From: a bacterium
GTDB lineage: Bacteria; Margulisbacteria; Marinamargulisbacteria; JABIPA01
Direction of reading: 5' to 3'
DNA: 64,000 nucleotides
Assembly: GCA_018698675.1 (NCBI GenBank)
Contig: JABIPA010000019.1
Location: forward strand, 17,902 to 81,901
Part shown: positions 1 to 9,925 of the stretch, piece after piece
How positions within the stretch are numbered: the first letter of the stretch is position 1
How the letters are laid out: each line of letters starts with the position of its first letter
Position numbers and translations under genes: made by a program
The notes under the pieces: generated by a model
Databases searched by the model: none
The model's input: the letters and a program-made list of their open reading frames with translations, nothing else
What the model was told of the DNA's origin: nothing

Positions 1-2679
1 CTTAAAAAATCTAGTTTTCCTACCGAATATTCAAATAATATTGCTAAAGAAGAAGTTGAAAAATTTATTCAAAAACGGATTAAAGAGTTGGATGTTAAGA
101 TAATTAATTCTCAGTATAGCAATAAAATGTTAATAGATAATTTAGAGGATTATTGTACGAATTTGGAATCTGACGATTCATTGAAAGGTACACGAAATCC
201 TGTATTAGGGCCTTTAAAAGAGCTCCTTAAAAAAATTCAAACTACTCCTTTATACCTATTGTCCAATCATCTTACTGGAAAAATATTGGATAGTAATATT
301 GGTATTACAAATGAAAAATTTGAAGAACTCGTGTTAAAGACATTCATGATGTATGAAAAATTAAATGAGCCTAGTAATTTATTTAAGTTATTACCACCTT
401 TGTTATTAGACCAGGCGTCAGTAAATAAAATTCAAGAATTGCCGGAACGATATAACAAGACATTTAATTATTTGGGAGTATCGACTGTTTATAATGATGA
501 GATGATTAAGGCATACGAACTTAAAATAGGTAGTAAAAATCGATATTTTATTCCTGTTTTAGATACAACAACGGGTAGAGTTTTTAAGGTGACTGATATA
601 GAGCATGCTTTAGAGCTTCCGGATGACCATTCTTTATTATCTTATAAAAATCATGCAACTTTTTGGTTTAAATCAGACGGGTTTTTTGATAGTTGCACGG
701 ATGTTTCTCAAGATGATGTAAATCAGTCAAATACCTCTGTATCGATAGAAAATTTTATTATTCAGTTAGAAGACATATCTAAACTTATAGCTAATTTGAA
801 TCAACAGGATGAAGAATACTTTGATATTGAACTTGAAGCTCTTGAAAAAGGTATTGTTTCATCGGGTCAAGATGCAACACAATATAAACTTACATCGTTT
901 GAAGATCTTTGTAGAAAATTTAATAATGAATTTCTAAGTTCTTCTCCTAACTATAGTGATTTTAGTAAGTTTATTATGGAAAATATATTATTAAAGGGCG
1001 AAGAACTTGTTCTTCCTGAACAGTTTTCGGAAAACTTTTTGAGTACTATTTCTAATAAAAGATATAAAACTACGATTAATAAATTTTTGAAAAAATTTAA
1101 AGAACAGTTTACCACTTTTAAAGTGGATATTATGGAAGGAGATATTGTTGCTACAGTTCATCATCGTCTTACATATTTGAAGTCAATTTGTGACAAAATT
1201 GATGAACTTCGAGAAAATCACCAAGATGGATTGATTCCTTTTGTTTTGGATGACAATTTTGAAAAAAATGAACCTCTTATTGTCTCTCTATTAAGTTTAA
1301 AAGAAAGGCAAACGCTAATATCATTTACTCAAAAGGATGATGAAATTACGACATATAATCGAAAGTCCATTGAATCAAGCAAAGGTTTGAAATCAAGAAA
1401 AAATACTGTGGGTGTTTCAAATACACCTTCTATGTTGCCAAAAAATAAGGTTTCTAAAGATGTAGATCCTGGTTTGAAAATTGTTAAAAATAAGTTATTT
1501 GTAGCCGTAAAAACTTTTTTTGGACTGTTTTTTCTTCATTGGATATATAATATTGTAAATCAGAACTCAGTTCATTCTATATTTAAAAATTCGGAAAATG
1601 CTAGAGGTTTAAGTTTGTTAGAAGTAGATGCTCTTAAATCCGGAAGTGCGAGTGATCAACTGAAATGGTTGAGGCTAAGTCAAACGAATAAGATGACGAC
1701 AAATGACGTTCATTTCGATCGCAATAATTTAGATCTTTTTATTCACTTTTTAGGATCCGATAAGAATGATATTCGTCAAATGAGTAGTAATCTTTTAGTT
1801 TCTCACCTTGATTCATTGATAGATAGAAACGTTATAGAAAAAAATGGAAATTTGGTGCCCGTTTTAATACATAATTTGAAGAGTAACAAAGCCAGGAAAA
1901 TAGTTAATACGGTTGTATTGCTGGATGAATTCTCTAGGTATGATGGTTTATGTCTCATGTTAAAGTCTAAATTAGATGTTCTTGAATCAATCTTAGATAT
2001 TATAGTTAGAGACAGAGAAAAACCTCATTTCAATGATACTTTAAAAACATTTTTTAATATCGTACAACCAACTGGAAATAAATTATTAACTTATCCGATG
2101 GTTACTACAGATAATTTTCAATTTAATGAGAAAATGTCATATGCTACATTAGAATTTGCGAAAATGTTTAGGGCCCTTCGAAGTCGGGATGTATTTTTAG
2201 ATACTCAATCATTGTCATCAACTATTTGTCACTTATTGCAAAGTAAAAAGAGAGAATATAGACACGGTGGGTTTACGTTACTTCATCATATGGGAGACAA
2301 CCCTAGGTATAGGACTTTACTAAATGAAGAAAGCAAGATTCATTCAGAGGTAATAAAATTGGTCGAGTCGTTGTCTACAAATGTTCGAGAAGACGGAATT
2401 AGTCATTTAACAATGTTGTCTCGGATGGAGGCGTTTAATGGGCTTTATTTTAAGTCTCCGTTGTTGTTAGAAAAACTTATTTTAATTTTTACAGAGGAGT
2501 CTACATTCTCTCAACAAAATATTATAGAGACATTTGCTCATTTAAGTACGAAAAAAGAGGGTCGTCTATTTTTATCATCTAATCCTAGATTCATTGACAC
2601 TCTAAACAATATGAGAAGCCAATTTGAAGATGAGAGTGTTCTTATAAATATTGAAGTGATAAGACGGAGTACTTTGTAG
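1..2679 (+). CDS. Large hypothetical protein, 5'-partial. The reading frame is open from window position 1. The ORF track starts at TTG 88. No recognisable catalytic motif.
   Basis: Uninterrupted frame from nt 1 through 2679 (29 sense codons upstream of the TTG at 88, no stop). At least 863 aa. Convergent with the OMP gene ending at 2695. No TM segment or known motif seen. Confidence 0.45.
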   Translation, partial: LKKSSFPTEYSNNIAKEEVEKFIQKRIKELDVKIINSQYSNKMLIDNLEDYCTNLESDDSLKGTRNPVLGPLKELLKKIQTTPLYLLSNHLTGKILDSNIGITNEKFEELVLKTFMMYEKLNEPSNLFKLLPPLLLDQASVNKIQELPERYNKTFNYLGVSTVYNDEMIKAYELKIGSKNRYFIPVLDTTTGRVFKVTDIEHALELPDDHSLLSYKNHATFWFKSDGFFDSCTDVSQDDVNQSNTSVSIENFIIQLEDISKLIANLNQQDEEYFDIELEALEKGIVSSGQDATQYKLTSFEDLCRKFNNEFLSSSPNYSDFSKFIMENILLKGEELVLPEQFSENFLSTISNKRYKTTINKFLKKFKEQFTTFKVDIMEGDIVATVHHRLTYLKSICDKIDELRENHQDGLIPFVLDDNFEKNEPLIVSLLSLKERQTLISFTQKDDEITTYNRKSIESSKGLKSRKNTVGVSNTPSMLPKNKVSKDVDPGLKIVKNKLFVAVKTFFGLFFLHWIYNIVNQNSVHSIFKNSENARGLSLLEVDALKSGSASDQLKWLRLSQTNKMTTNDVHFDRNNLDLFIHFLGSDKNDIRQMSSNLLVSHLDSLIDRNVIEKNGNLVPVLIHNLKSNKARKIVNTVVLLDEFSRYDGLCLMLKSKLDVLESILDIIVRDREKPHFNDTLKTFFNIVQPTGNKLLTYPMVTTDNFQFNEKMSYATLEFAKMFRALRSRDVFLDTQSLSSTICHLLQSKKREYRHGGFTLLHHMGDNPRYRTLLNEESKIHSEVIKLVESLSTNVREDGISHLTMLSRMEAFNGLYFKSPLLLEKLILIFTEESTFSQQNIIETFAHLSTKKEGRLFLSSNPRFIDTLNNMRSQFEDESVLINIEVIRRSTL

Positions 2680-2694
2680 TTGTCTCGTTTCGAA

Positions 2695-3993
2695 TTAAAA
2701 CTTTAAACTAATTTGAGATCTTAAATCAATCGACTTTCCTGTACCTTTATATTCTGAATTTGAATCTCCGAAATAGAAAATTAATGAATTGTTAAATGTA
2801 AGTTCGTTAATTAACGTATACGTCCATCCCAAGTTCATTAACCCAGACCCGTCGTTAAAGTTTTGAAGAATATTCACGAATGTATTACTTGAGTGATAAG
2901 GAAATTCTGAAATTGTAATAAATGCGGAATGATAATGTTTAGATAATTGATTTGGGATATAGATATTCTCTTCAACTAAGCTATCTATAAGTGATGTATC
3001 AGTCCAGTTTAAAGTCTCAAATCCATTTGTTTGATAATAGTGTTCATAAGTTACCCGGACTCTATTAGGTCGTTCCCAATTGATTGATTTGGATAATTGA
3101 CCCATCCATTGATACTGTCTGGATTCTGATTTGTACTGAACGTCTGACCCATTCATAAAAGGTTCTTTGCCATTAAATATACTTAATTCGCTTAAAATAT
3201 CGAACCCAAAAAGATAGGTAGATGCTTCAAGACCGAAACGGCTACTTTGATTTCGTTTAATCAAAGTAGAAATGCCCAGCTCAATATTTTTTAGGGCTAT
3301 TTCATACTTTGAAACTAGACTTAAGTCACTTGGTTCGTCTGACTGTTGAGAATTTAAAAAGAAGTAAAGATTACTTCGTGTTCCATTTGGTATGTGAACT
3401 TTTAATCCATAAACACCTTCTAGCGCTTGATTTAGATTCAAAAAGTCTTTTTTGTCGACATTTACAAAATCAATTGGATTCCAAAAATGCCCTTGGCCCC
3501 ATTTTAGATATTGTTTTCCAACCCTAAAATAAGAGGTGTAGTCTAAATTGAAATCGACGAAGTATTCTTTAATGTTAATGATAAGGGATTGAGCTGAGGG
3601 GACATTCGGATCATTTATTTGACCTAAGTAGATGTCCATAAACCCCTTAACTCCTTTTTGAAATCGAAAATCCAAGAAGAAATCAGCGTCTGAATAAAAT
3701 TGTAGTCTGTTGTTTGATACGGTGCTTTCAAATAGATTTGAGTTTCTATTTACTTCGTAGAGCCCATACATATTAATTATTCCAGTAAAATTTACAGAAT
3801 TTCTTTTCTCTATTAATGACGTCGTAGAAGGTTGAATCGTTTCAATTGTCATATCGATAGTTTCATTTTCGAATAATGATCCTTTGAAATCAAAAAAGGG
3901 TTCGCTGATGATATCTTCCGATAATAATACAGAAGATAGGCTTAGGAATGTGATTAGAAAAGATAATATCAAAGACTTTTTTAATGATTGCAT
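2695..3993 (-). CDS. Putative outer-membrane β-barrel protein of the exporter cluster
   Basis: N-terminal signal peptide (MQSLKKSLILSFLITFLSLSSVLLS). Alternating amphipathic β-strand character. C-terminal ...SLKF with terminal Phe, typical of BAM-assembled OMPs. Same strand as, and directly downstream of, the LolA-like and ABC genes. Confidence 0.45.
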   Translation of the reverse strand: MQSLKKSLILSFLITFLSLSSVLLSEDIISEPFFDFKGSLFENETIDMTIETIQPSTTSLIEKRNSVNFTGIINMYGLYEVNRNSNLFESTVSNNRLQFYSDADFFLDFRFQKGVKGFMDIYLGQINDPNVPSAQSLIINIKEYFVDFNLDYTSYFRVGKQYLKWGQGHFWNPIDFVNVDKKDFLNLNQALEGVYGLKVHIPNGTRSNLYFFLNSQQSDEPSDLSLVSKYEIALKNIELGISTLIKRNQSSRFGLEASTYLFGFDILSELSIFNGKEPFMNGSDVQYKSESRQYQWMGQLSKSINWERPNRVRVTYEHYYQTNGFETLNWTDTSLIDSLVEENIYIPNQLSKHYHSAFITISEFPYHSSNTFVNILQNFNDGSGLMNLGWTYTLINELTFNNSLIFYFGDSNSEYKGTGKSIDLRSQISLKF

Positions 3994-4000
3994 CGTGTTA

Positions 4001-4816
4001 TTAATTAGATAAATTTTCTAAATACGCCTTTGTGAATATATGATTGTCGATAGGACTAAACGTTATATCTGTAATTTCCCAAACCGTTTTGTTTCCTTTT
4101 TCAAAATTATCAATAACCATTTGCTTAATAGCAATAAATTTATCGTTAATTTTTGAATATTTTAGAAAATATTGTGTTGAAATAAGGGAGTTTGAATAAG
4201 ACTTATTTTGAATTTTTAAAGGAAGTAGGTTGTCCTGTCTGACCCATATCGTCAAATTTGGATAAGCGACATTTGGGAGGTCGGAGGAAACGTCAATTTT
4301 GTAAGCTGGAATCTTTCCTAAATTTACCGTTTGAATAATATCTTCATTGTCAGAGTCTTTTTTTCCTTTATACTGCAATTCATATTTAGGTGTTTCGAAA
4401 TCGCTCGTGTTAGCATCTGACCCGGCTATGCTTTCATCTCTGCTTATGTGCTGAAATGTTCGAGTATTTCTTCGGTACATCCAAAAATGATCATCGGCTT
4501 TCAGATACCCATTTCCTTTTTCCGATTCTGGAGCAGTCATGACAATTAAAAATTGGTCCGTAGATCCTTTTGCAAAATAAATAGATTCCATTTGCTTGAT
4601 CCCTTGTTCAATATCTTGTTGAAGAATGGTTACTTTTGCCGTGACATCTTTTTCTATTGTTTGTTGTTTATCTATTTTTTTTAAAATTTTATTGATAGAT
4701 GGTTTTAGTTTAAGGGATGTTGCCGAAAGTGAGGATGCTATCAATATGGTCGTTAAAAAAATAGTTATTGTTAATGGTCTGTTGTTTGAAACTGGGTAGT
4801 TTGTTTTATCATTCAT
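4001..4816 (-). CDS. LolA-like / outer-membrane lipoprotein-sorting-like periplasmic protein
   Basis: N-terminal signal anchor (LTITIFLTTILIASSLSATS). About 270 aa, the size and position typical of LolA_like proteins that accompany FtsX-type ABC exporters. 7-bp gap to the OMP gene and 14-bp gap to the permease gene. Confidence 0.4.
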   Translation of the reverse strand: MNDKTNYPVSNNRPLTITIFLTTILIASSLSATSLKLKPSINKILKKIDKQQTIEKDVTAKVTILQQDIEQGIKQMESIYFAKGSTDQFLIVMTAPESEKGNGYLKADDHFWMYRRNTRTFQHISRDESIAGSDANTSDFETPKYELQYKGKKDSDNEDIIQTVNLGKIPAYKIDVSSDLPNVAYPNLTIWVRQDNLLPLKIQNKSYSNSLISTQYFLKYSKINDKFIAIKQMVIDNFEKGNKTVWEITDITFSPIDNHIFTKAYLENLSN

Positions 4817-4830
4817 TAAATAATCCTTTC

Positions 4831-6531
4831 TTAACGCCTTAGTGCTTCTGATGGACTTAATTTTGCAGCATTTCTACACGGGAAGTAAACTGTAATTAGA
4901 GTGAATCCTAGAACTAATAATAAATTTTTAATGATATGAGATAGAGTTGGTAAAAAATAAATGCCGTTATCTACAAGTATCATACTTAGTGCATTGTCTG
5001 TATTGAATTCGAATAGTGAGATACCTTTCATGATACCAAACGAAATTAATATGCCGATTACAGAACTAATAGAAACAAGGATTAACATCTCTAAAAGAAA
5101 TATCCATTGCAGTTGTGATTTTTTAAGACCTATTGCTCTTAACGTTCCAATTTCCCTATAACGTTCCTTTATTGTCATTCTTAAAGAATTTAGGACTCCA
5201 ATCATAATAATAAAGAAGAGAATAATTGAAACGGAAAGAACAACTAAATTAAACATTTGTTCGAACTGAATGACTTCCTTTGCGGTTTCATACATCGAAG
5301 ACACATCAATCGTTGGTTGTGCTTTTTTATTTTTCATTAACGTTTTTAATTTTTTATTGAATGAAATGGTATCCTTTGTTCTTTTTGTTAACGTCCATTC
5401 TGTATCTATGACGTCTAGTATGGAGATATCAAAATTATTTTCTGTAAAATATTTTTGTAGATTTATTTTTTTATTTGGATAGGTGGTTTGGAATAGTTTA
5501 AAGAATCTTTCGCTTGGTAAGAAAATGATATTTTTTGATGTTTTAGAATAGATTCCTTTAACGGAGTCTTTTATGGGTATCGTCCCATATTTATTTGGCT
5601 CTCTTTGTGAAAATGTTAATTTTGAATGGGATGCATCAAGAGTATTTGAAATTATAGGAACATTTAGTACCGTTGCACGTTTTTTAGTTGTAGTAACGTC
5701 ACTTAGTTTGATTCCTAAACGTGTTGAAATGTTGTTTTGGGATGGTATGGTCCCTATTGGGACTACGATGATAGTTTTATTTCCTAATTTTGCCTGAATA
5801 CCTATTTTTTGAGGTGATAAATGTTGATGAATAGAGTCGGCCGTTGTTTTTGCCGTTTTAGGGTTTTTTAGAAGCAGCTTGAATGAACCCGACTCTTGGA
5901 GTTTATAGCCTAATAACGTTTTTAATGTGGCTGTTTTTGAAAAAATGGCATAGTCCATAAACATGTTTTTATTTTTCGTTATTATGGAAAGAATAAACGT
6001 ACCAGTGTTTGTTTGTCCGTTTACATTTGTTGCACGGATATTAACGGAATCTCCGATAGAAATGTTTAAATTTTTGGCCTTTTGTTCGGAAAGTATGATG
6101 GGATTATCTATAGATTCGAAAAGCTCATAACTACCTTCTAGTGGTTTATAGAGCTGCTTAAAATCCTCATCTAAATTTGTGTTGCTTACCCATGCATAAT
6201 CTCCTTTTCCATTCCCGACAACTCTTACTAGGCTTCCTATATCTTCATAAATGGTTTGAATATTTGGGTCACTTTTAAGGATGAGTGATTTTATTTTTTC
6301 TTTGTCTCTAAAAATAGGAGAAATGATTCGGCCGTTTTCAATTCCTTGAACTTTTACGTGTCCAGTCATGTATATAACCATTTTATTTAAAATATTGTCA
6401 GAAATACCGTTTGAAAATGCATTTGCTAACATCATGATCATGATGCCAAAACTTATAGATGCACCAATCATAAGGTTCCTTCGTTTTTGTCTTAAAAAAT
6501 TTCTAAAACTAATTTTCCAAATAGTAAACAT
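4831..6531 (-). CDS. ABC transporter permease, FtsX/MacB/LolCE family (permease 2)
   Basis: N-terminal TM (MIGASISFGIMIMMLANAF), a large periplasmic domain, and a C-terminal FtsX domain with the family motif RMTIKERYREIGTLRAIGLKKSQL plus three more TM helices. Confidence 0.8.
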   Translation of the reverse strand: MFTIWKISFRNFLRQKRRNLMIGASISFGIMIMMLANAFSNGISDNILNKMVIYMTGHVKVQGIENGRIISPIFRDKEKIKSLILKSDPNIQTIYEDIGSLVRVVGNGKGDYAWVSNTNLDEDFKQLYKPLEGSYELFESIDNPIILSEQKAKNLNISIGDSVNIRATNVNGQTNTGTFILSIITKNKNMFMDYAIFSKTATLKTLLGYKLQESGSFKLLLKNPKTAKTTADSIHQHLSPQKIGIQAKLGNKTIIVVPIGTIPSQNNISTRLGIKLSDVTTTKKRATVLNVPIISNTLDASHSKLTFSQREPNKYGTIPIKDSVKGIYSKTSKNIIFLPSERFFKLFQTTYPNKKINLQKYFTENNFDISILDVIDTEWTLTKRTKDTISFNKKLKTLMKNKKAQPTIDVSSMYETAKEVIQFEQMFNLVVLSVSIILFFIIMIGVLNSLRMTIKERYREIGTLRAIGLKKSQLQWIFLLEMLILVSISSVIGILISFGIMKGISLFEFNTDNALSMILVDNGIYFLPTLSHIIKNLLLVLGFTLITVYFPCRNAAKLSPSEALRR

Positions 6532-6532
6532 A

Positions 6533-8053
6533 TTAGTTCCTTAGTACTGAATCGAGGGGCGTTATTTTTCTAGCTAAATAGATAGGATAAATTGATGAGA
6601 GGCAAACGATTAGGCTGAGTTGAAGAACACAGAGCCCCACACTTATAAAATCAAGAGTAGGGGAGAATGTATCTCCACCATATAAAATTTGCAACATTTC
6701 ATGGCTTGTTGATAACTTTAAAAGTTTGAATCCAATAATTGTGATTGAGCCTAATATGATTCCAGCCCCGCCAAATACAAATGACAGTAGACTCGTTTCT
6801 GCCAAAAACATTGTTTGAATGAATCTTTTCTTTGTTCCAATTGCCCTCATCATGCCAATTTCAGGAATACGCTCCATAGTTGCCATGCTTAAGGTGTTCA
6901 TAATTATGATTATAGCGACGATGAAAATGAAAAGAACAAATAAGAAGAGAGATCCCTTCATGAGCATCGCAATTTGTCCGAACATTCCAATAGCGTCATT
7001 CCATGATATGGCTTGCAATGGAATGTTTTTCTCCTTAAGTAAATTGTTTATTTGAGTGATCGTTTTATTTAAGTTTACGTCTTTTTTTAATTTTACAAAG
7101 ATAATGTTATAGGTTCCCAATTTTTTATCTAGTTGGGATGTTTTGATGTGCTTTATGTCTGATAGGTCATTTTTTATTTTTGTCGTTGATTCATTTACTG
7201 TATCAAAGGAATCGTTAAATAAAGTGTCAATGGAATCTAAGCTTGAAGTCATTAAATTTTGATTTTTTGTGCTCAAATGAACGGCTTCGTCTGAAGATTC
7301 AAAGTATCCCATACATTCTCTAAATGAACTCATATCAACAATGCAGTAAAACCCTAGGATACTATTTAATTCTTTAAATTTTACGATACCTATAACATCA
7401 GTCAAAATATCTAAACTCGCATTTTTACTACTTAGTCCCATATATACAATTGATTTTTTTGTTTGTAGGGAGGAGCCATTCTTTTTTACTTTTTCAGGGG
7501 CTTTTTCTTGGTCAAATGAAGTATTTATCGGTACTGTCCATGAATCTGTAAAATCAAAATACCAGTCTCTCATTCGGGTTGATACAAGAACTCCCCTTTG
7601 GTTTTTTTTGAGAAGTGAGCCTTTTTCAACGATTAAATTATTATTAAAAAATTCTAAATATGATTCAATGTCGACGCCTAATAAATATTGGTCCAACGGA
7701 TTTCCATTTTCGTTGAGAACCCAAACATAGCCAGCTCCTGCGGGAAGAATTTTATCTATTGATGGGATATTTAATATTTGAGGCTTTAACTCAGTGAAGT
7801 TAGTAATAGGTTTTAAGGTATGACCTGTCATACTTGCGAGAACAGTTTTTTCGATTTGTTTATCTGAAACTAGAACCAGGTCCCCTGAAAAGTTGTTAAC
7901 AATATTTTTTTGAAGGCCTGTATCTAATCCGTTTATAACTCCATTTCCAATTGTCATAATGAAGGAACCTAGGCATAAGATAAGTCCTATAACGAAAGAC
8001 TTTCCTTTATGTCTATAGAGATTTCGCCATGCAATTTTTAGTTCAATTGGCAT
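6533..8053 (-). CDS. ABC transporter permease, FtsX/MacB/LolCE family (permease 1)
   Basis: Same architecture as the adjacent permease. FtsX motif ERIPEIGMMRAIGTKKRFI. Overlaps the ATPase gene by 11 nt. Confidence 0.8.
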   Translation of the reverse strand: MPIELKIAWRNLYRHKGKSFVIGLILCLGSFIMTIGNGVINGLDTGLQKNIVNNFSGDLVLVSDKQIEKTVLASMTGHTLKPITNFTELKPQILNIPSIDKILPAGAGYVWVLNENGNPLDQYLLGVDIESYLEFFNNNLIVEKGSLLKKNQRGVLVSTRMRDWYFDFTDSWTVPINTSFDQEKAPEKVKKNGSSLQTKKSIVYMGLSSKNASLDILTDVIGIVKFKELNSILGFYCIVDMSSFRECMGYFESSDEAVHLSTKNQNLMTSSLDSIDTLFNDSFDTVNESTTKIKNDLSDIKHIKTSQLDKKLGTYNIIFVKLKKDVNLNKTITQINNLLKEKNIPLQAISWNDAIGMFGQIAMLMKGSLFLFVLFIFIVAIIIIMNTLSMATMERIPEIGMMRAIGTKKRFIQTMFLAETSLLSFVFGGAGIILGSITIIGFKLLKLSTSHEMLQILYGGDTFSPTLDFISVGLCVLQLSLIVCLSSIYPIYLARKITPLDSVLRN

Positions 8054-8720
8054 TTATTTGGCCGTCGCGTATCGTGATTGATGAATCGGCGTATTTGAGT
8101 ATTTCTGGGTCGTGAGTAGAGAATAAAAACGTTGTTTTTCTAGTTTTATTTAAATCCTTCATTAGTTTTAGAATGATGGCTCCCGTTTCGGAGTCTAAAT
8201 TTGCGGTCGGTTCGTCAGCGAGCACGATTTCTGGGTCAGTCACCAAGGCTCGGGCAATTGCGACTCGTTGACGCTGGCCCCCCGAGAGTTCTGATGGACG
8301 GTGATCTTTTTGGTCCATTATATGAACGGATTTCATCATATCTAAGGCTTTTTGCCTGATTTCTTGTTTAGAGTATTTATTCATTAATAGAAGAGGGAAT
8401 TCTATGTTTTCTAATACATTTAAAACGGGAATTAAGTGGAAGGATTGAAATATAAATCCAATGTTGAAAAGACGAAGTTCTGTTAGCTGGTTATCTGTTA
8501 ATGAATCTATTTGATTTCCGTGAATTTGAACAGATCCTGAACTTGATTTGTCTATACATCCGATAACGTTAAGTAGTGTGGTTTTCCCACTTCCAGAAGG
8601 ACCAACTATCGCTGAAAAGGATCCTTTTTCTATCTTTAAATTAATGTTTTTCAGAGCATGGACAACTGTTTTACCTAAATAATAGTCTTTGTTTATATTT
8701 TTAAGCTCTACAATTGCCAT
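8043..8720 (-). CDS. ABC transporter ATP-binding protein, LolD/MacB type
   Basis: Walker A GPSGSGKTTLLN, Q-loop, ABC signature LSGGQRQRVAIARAL, Walker B LADEPT, H-loop STHD. GGGAG RBS 7 nt upstream of the ATG. Confidence 0.9.
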   Translation of the reverse strand: MAIVELKNINKDYYLGKTVVHALKNINLKIEKGSFSAIVGPSGSGKTTLLNVIGCIDKSSSGSVQIHGNQIDSLTDNQLTELRLFNIGFIFQSFHLIPVLNVLENIEFPLLLMNKYSKQEIRQKALDMMKSVHIMDQKDHRPSELSGGQRQRVAIARALVTDPEIVLADEPTANLDSETGAIILKLMKDLNKTRKTTFLFSTHDPEILKYADSSITIRDGQINAN

Positions 8721-8756
8721 ATTAGATCTCCCAAATTTATTTTTTTTAAGCGTATT

Positions 8757-8782
8757 AAAGTAACTATTTTATAGTTACTTTA
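8757..8782. promoter_or_regulatory. Perfect 11-bp inverted repeat (aaagtaactat-ttt-atagttacttt) in the 152-bp gap between the nitroreductase operon and the ABC exporter genes
   Basis: Read directly from the sequence. AT-rich palindrome with a 3-nt spacer, so either a weak stem-loop or a dimeric regulator operator. No T-run follows on the coding (minus) strand. Confidence 0.3.
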
Positions 8783-8872
8783 ATTAATATTAAAGCTCGA
8801 GAGTTTGATAAAAGCAAAACTTTTATTATTTCGTTCTGAAGATTCTAGAGTAAAAATAGAGTGGTAGGTAGT

Positions 8873-9901
8873 TTATGCTATTGTTTCATTTTTGGTTAAG
8901 TGAGTTTCTTTTGTTTTTTCTATTGAAAGATAAGGAATTATTTTATTTTGAATACTTTCCCTCTCTATTTGTTCAATTGACGTTGATTTCTTTCGTATAC
9001 CGTATGTAAAAAGTATTTGAGGAGTATGTTTTAGGGAAAACGTTTTTTGTATTTCATCCGACGAGTCTTTTTCAAGAAAAGGAGCGCCATAAAGACATGT
9101 CGATAAGTTTTGTTGCGACAAATGAAGAAGAATACTTTGCAGATCCTGTCCCGTTTGAATTAGGGTTTTCATGTCTGATTTCGAGGATAGTATGATGATT
9201 CCGTCAGCCGTTAAAATATCTGGATATTTTGTTTTAGCGATTGTTTTTCCTATTGATTGATTGGAAGAAATGATAGGCATTATATTTGACGCGAATGTCG
9301 GAATATTTAATGCAGAGAGTGGAATACCTATTTTTGAAGATGAAAGAATAGATGGAAACATTTTATTTAGGGTGTTTTTGAATTTTTTATCAGTAGAATT
9401 TAGGTCAATTCCTTTTTTTGCGTATTTTTCAATTAATTTAAATGATGATTTTTCCTTTAAAATTTTAATTTCCGAATTAATTTCTCTTCTAAAAAATGTT
9501 TTTTCAGTGTTTAAAATGGGTTTGTCGACAACTTGAGGTAAATATTTGTCTCTATAGTTTTGTCTTTTTTTAATGAGTTGAATAAGTTTGTTATAGCTAT
9601 GTTCGTTTGTTATTTGTTTTGAGTCCATGTTTACGACTATTTTAGCGATGTTTGGATACTGTGTTTGATACTCAATATTTACAAACCGTTTACAACTTTT
9701 TAGTAGGAGTATCACATTTTGAACAAAACATCCGATGCTTATTAGTTGAAAAGACTTGCTTGGATCAAGTTTATTTAAATCTAAATTGGCGTCTGCGCTT
9801 ATTAATATCGTGTTATCGTGAAAGGCAATTTTCCATGGTTGAGTATTGTAATAAGATGGCGCTAAATTGGCGTGTTCAAGAAGCTGAAGTAAATTAAACA
9901 T
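8873..9901 (-). CDS. Nitroreductase-superfamily protein (SagB/McbC-type dehydrogenase-like), 342 aa
   Basis: N-terminal nitroreductase hallmark ...YYNTQPWKIAF... (N-x-QPW FMN-binding motif). Longer than classical NfsB-type enzymes, consistent with the two-lobed SagB-type. GGAG RBS 7 nt upstream. Confidence 0.55.
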   Translation of the reverse strand: MFNLLQLLEHANLAPSYYNTQPWKIAFHDNTILISADANLDLNKLDPSKSFQLISIGCFVQNVILLLKSCKRFVNIEYQTQYPNIAKIVVNMDSKQITNEHSYNKLIQLIKKRQNYRDKYLPQVVDKPILNTEKTFFRREINSEIKILKEKSSFKLIEKYAKKGIDLNSTDKKFKNTLNKMFPSILSSSKIGIPLSALNIPTFASNIMPIISSNQSIGKTIAKTKYPDILTADGIIILSSKSDMKTLIQTGQDLQSILLHLSQQNLSTCLYGAPFLEKDSSDEIQKTFSLKHTPQILFTYGIRKKSTSIEQIERESIQNKIIPYLSIEKTKETHLTKNETIA

Positions 9902-9925
9902 TGATACTCCTTTTATTTGATTTCT

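Noticed and set aside
3309-3527. 72-aa + strand ORF inside the OMP gene. The same applies to the many other 60-120-aa ORFs in the track that lie antisense within confident genes, e.g. 4961..5161, 5270..5482, 6819..7055, 9261..9536, 11204..11425, 13568..13753, 21146..21367, 28073..28309, 37860..38219, 41045..41404, 49346..49651, 53052..53588, 60198..60587.
   Set aside because: They are entirely embedded antisense or out of frame within strongly supported CDSs. They have low-complexity, AT-codon-driven composition, and no RBS or motif support. These are shadow ORFs.
8721-8872. Searched this gap and the 12886-13163 gap for a short precursor-peptide ORF on either strand
   Set aside because: Only 1-15-codon ATG ORFs are present (e.g. 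MFFNCVYLSISFNGL on the + strand at about 13053), with no RBS or Cys/Ser/Thr-rich core. No credible precursor was found. It may lie outside these gaps, or the system may act on a non-peptide substrate.
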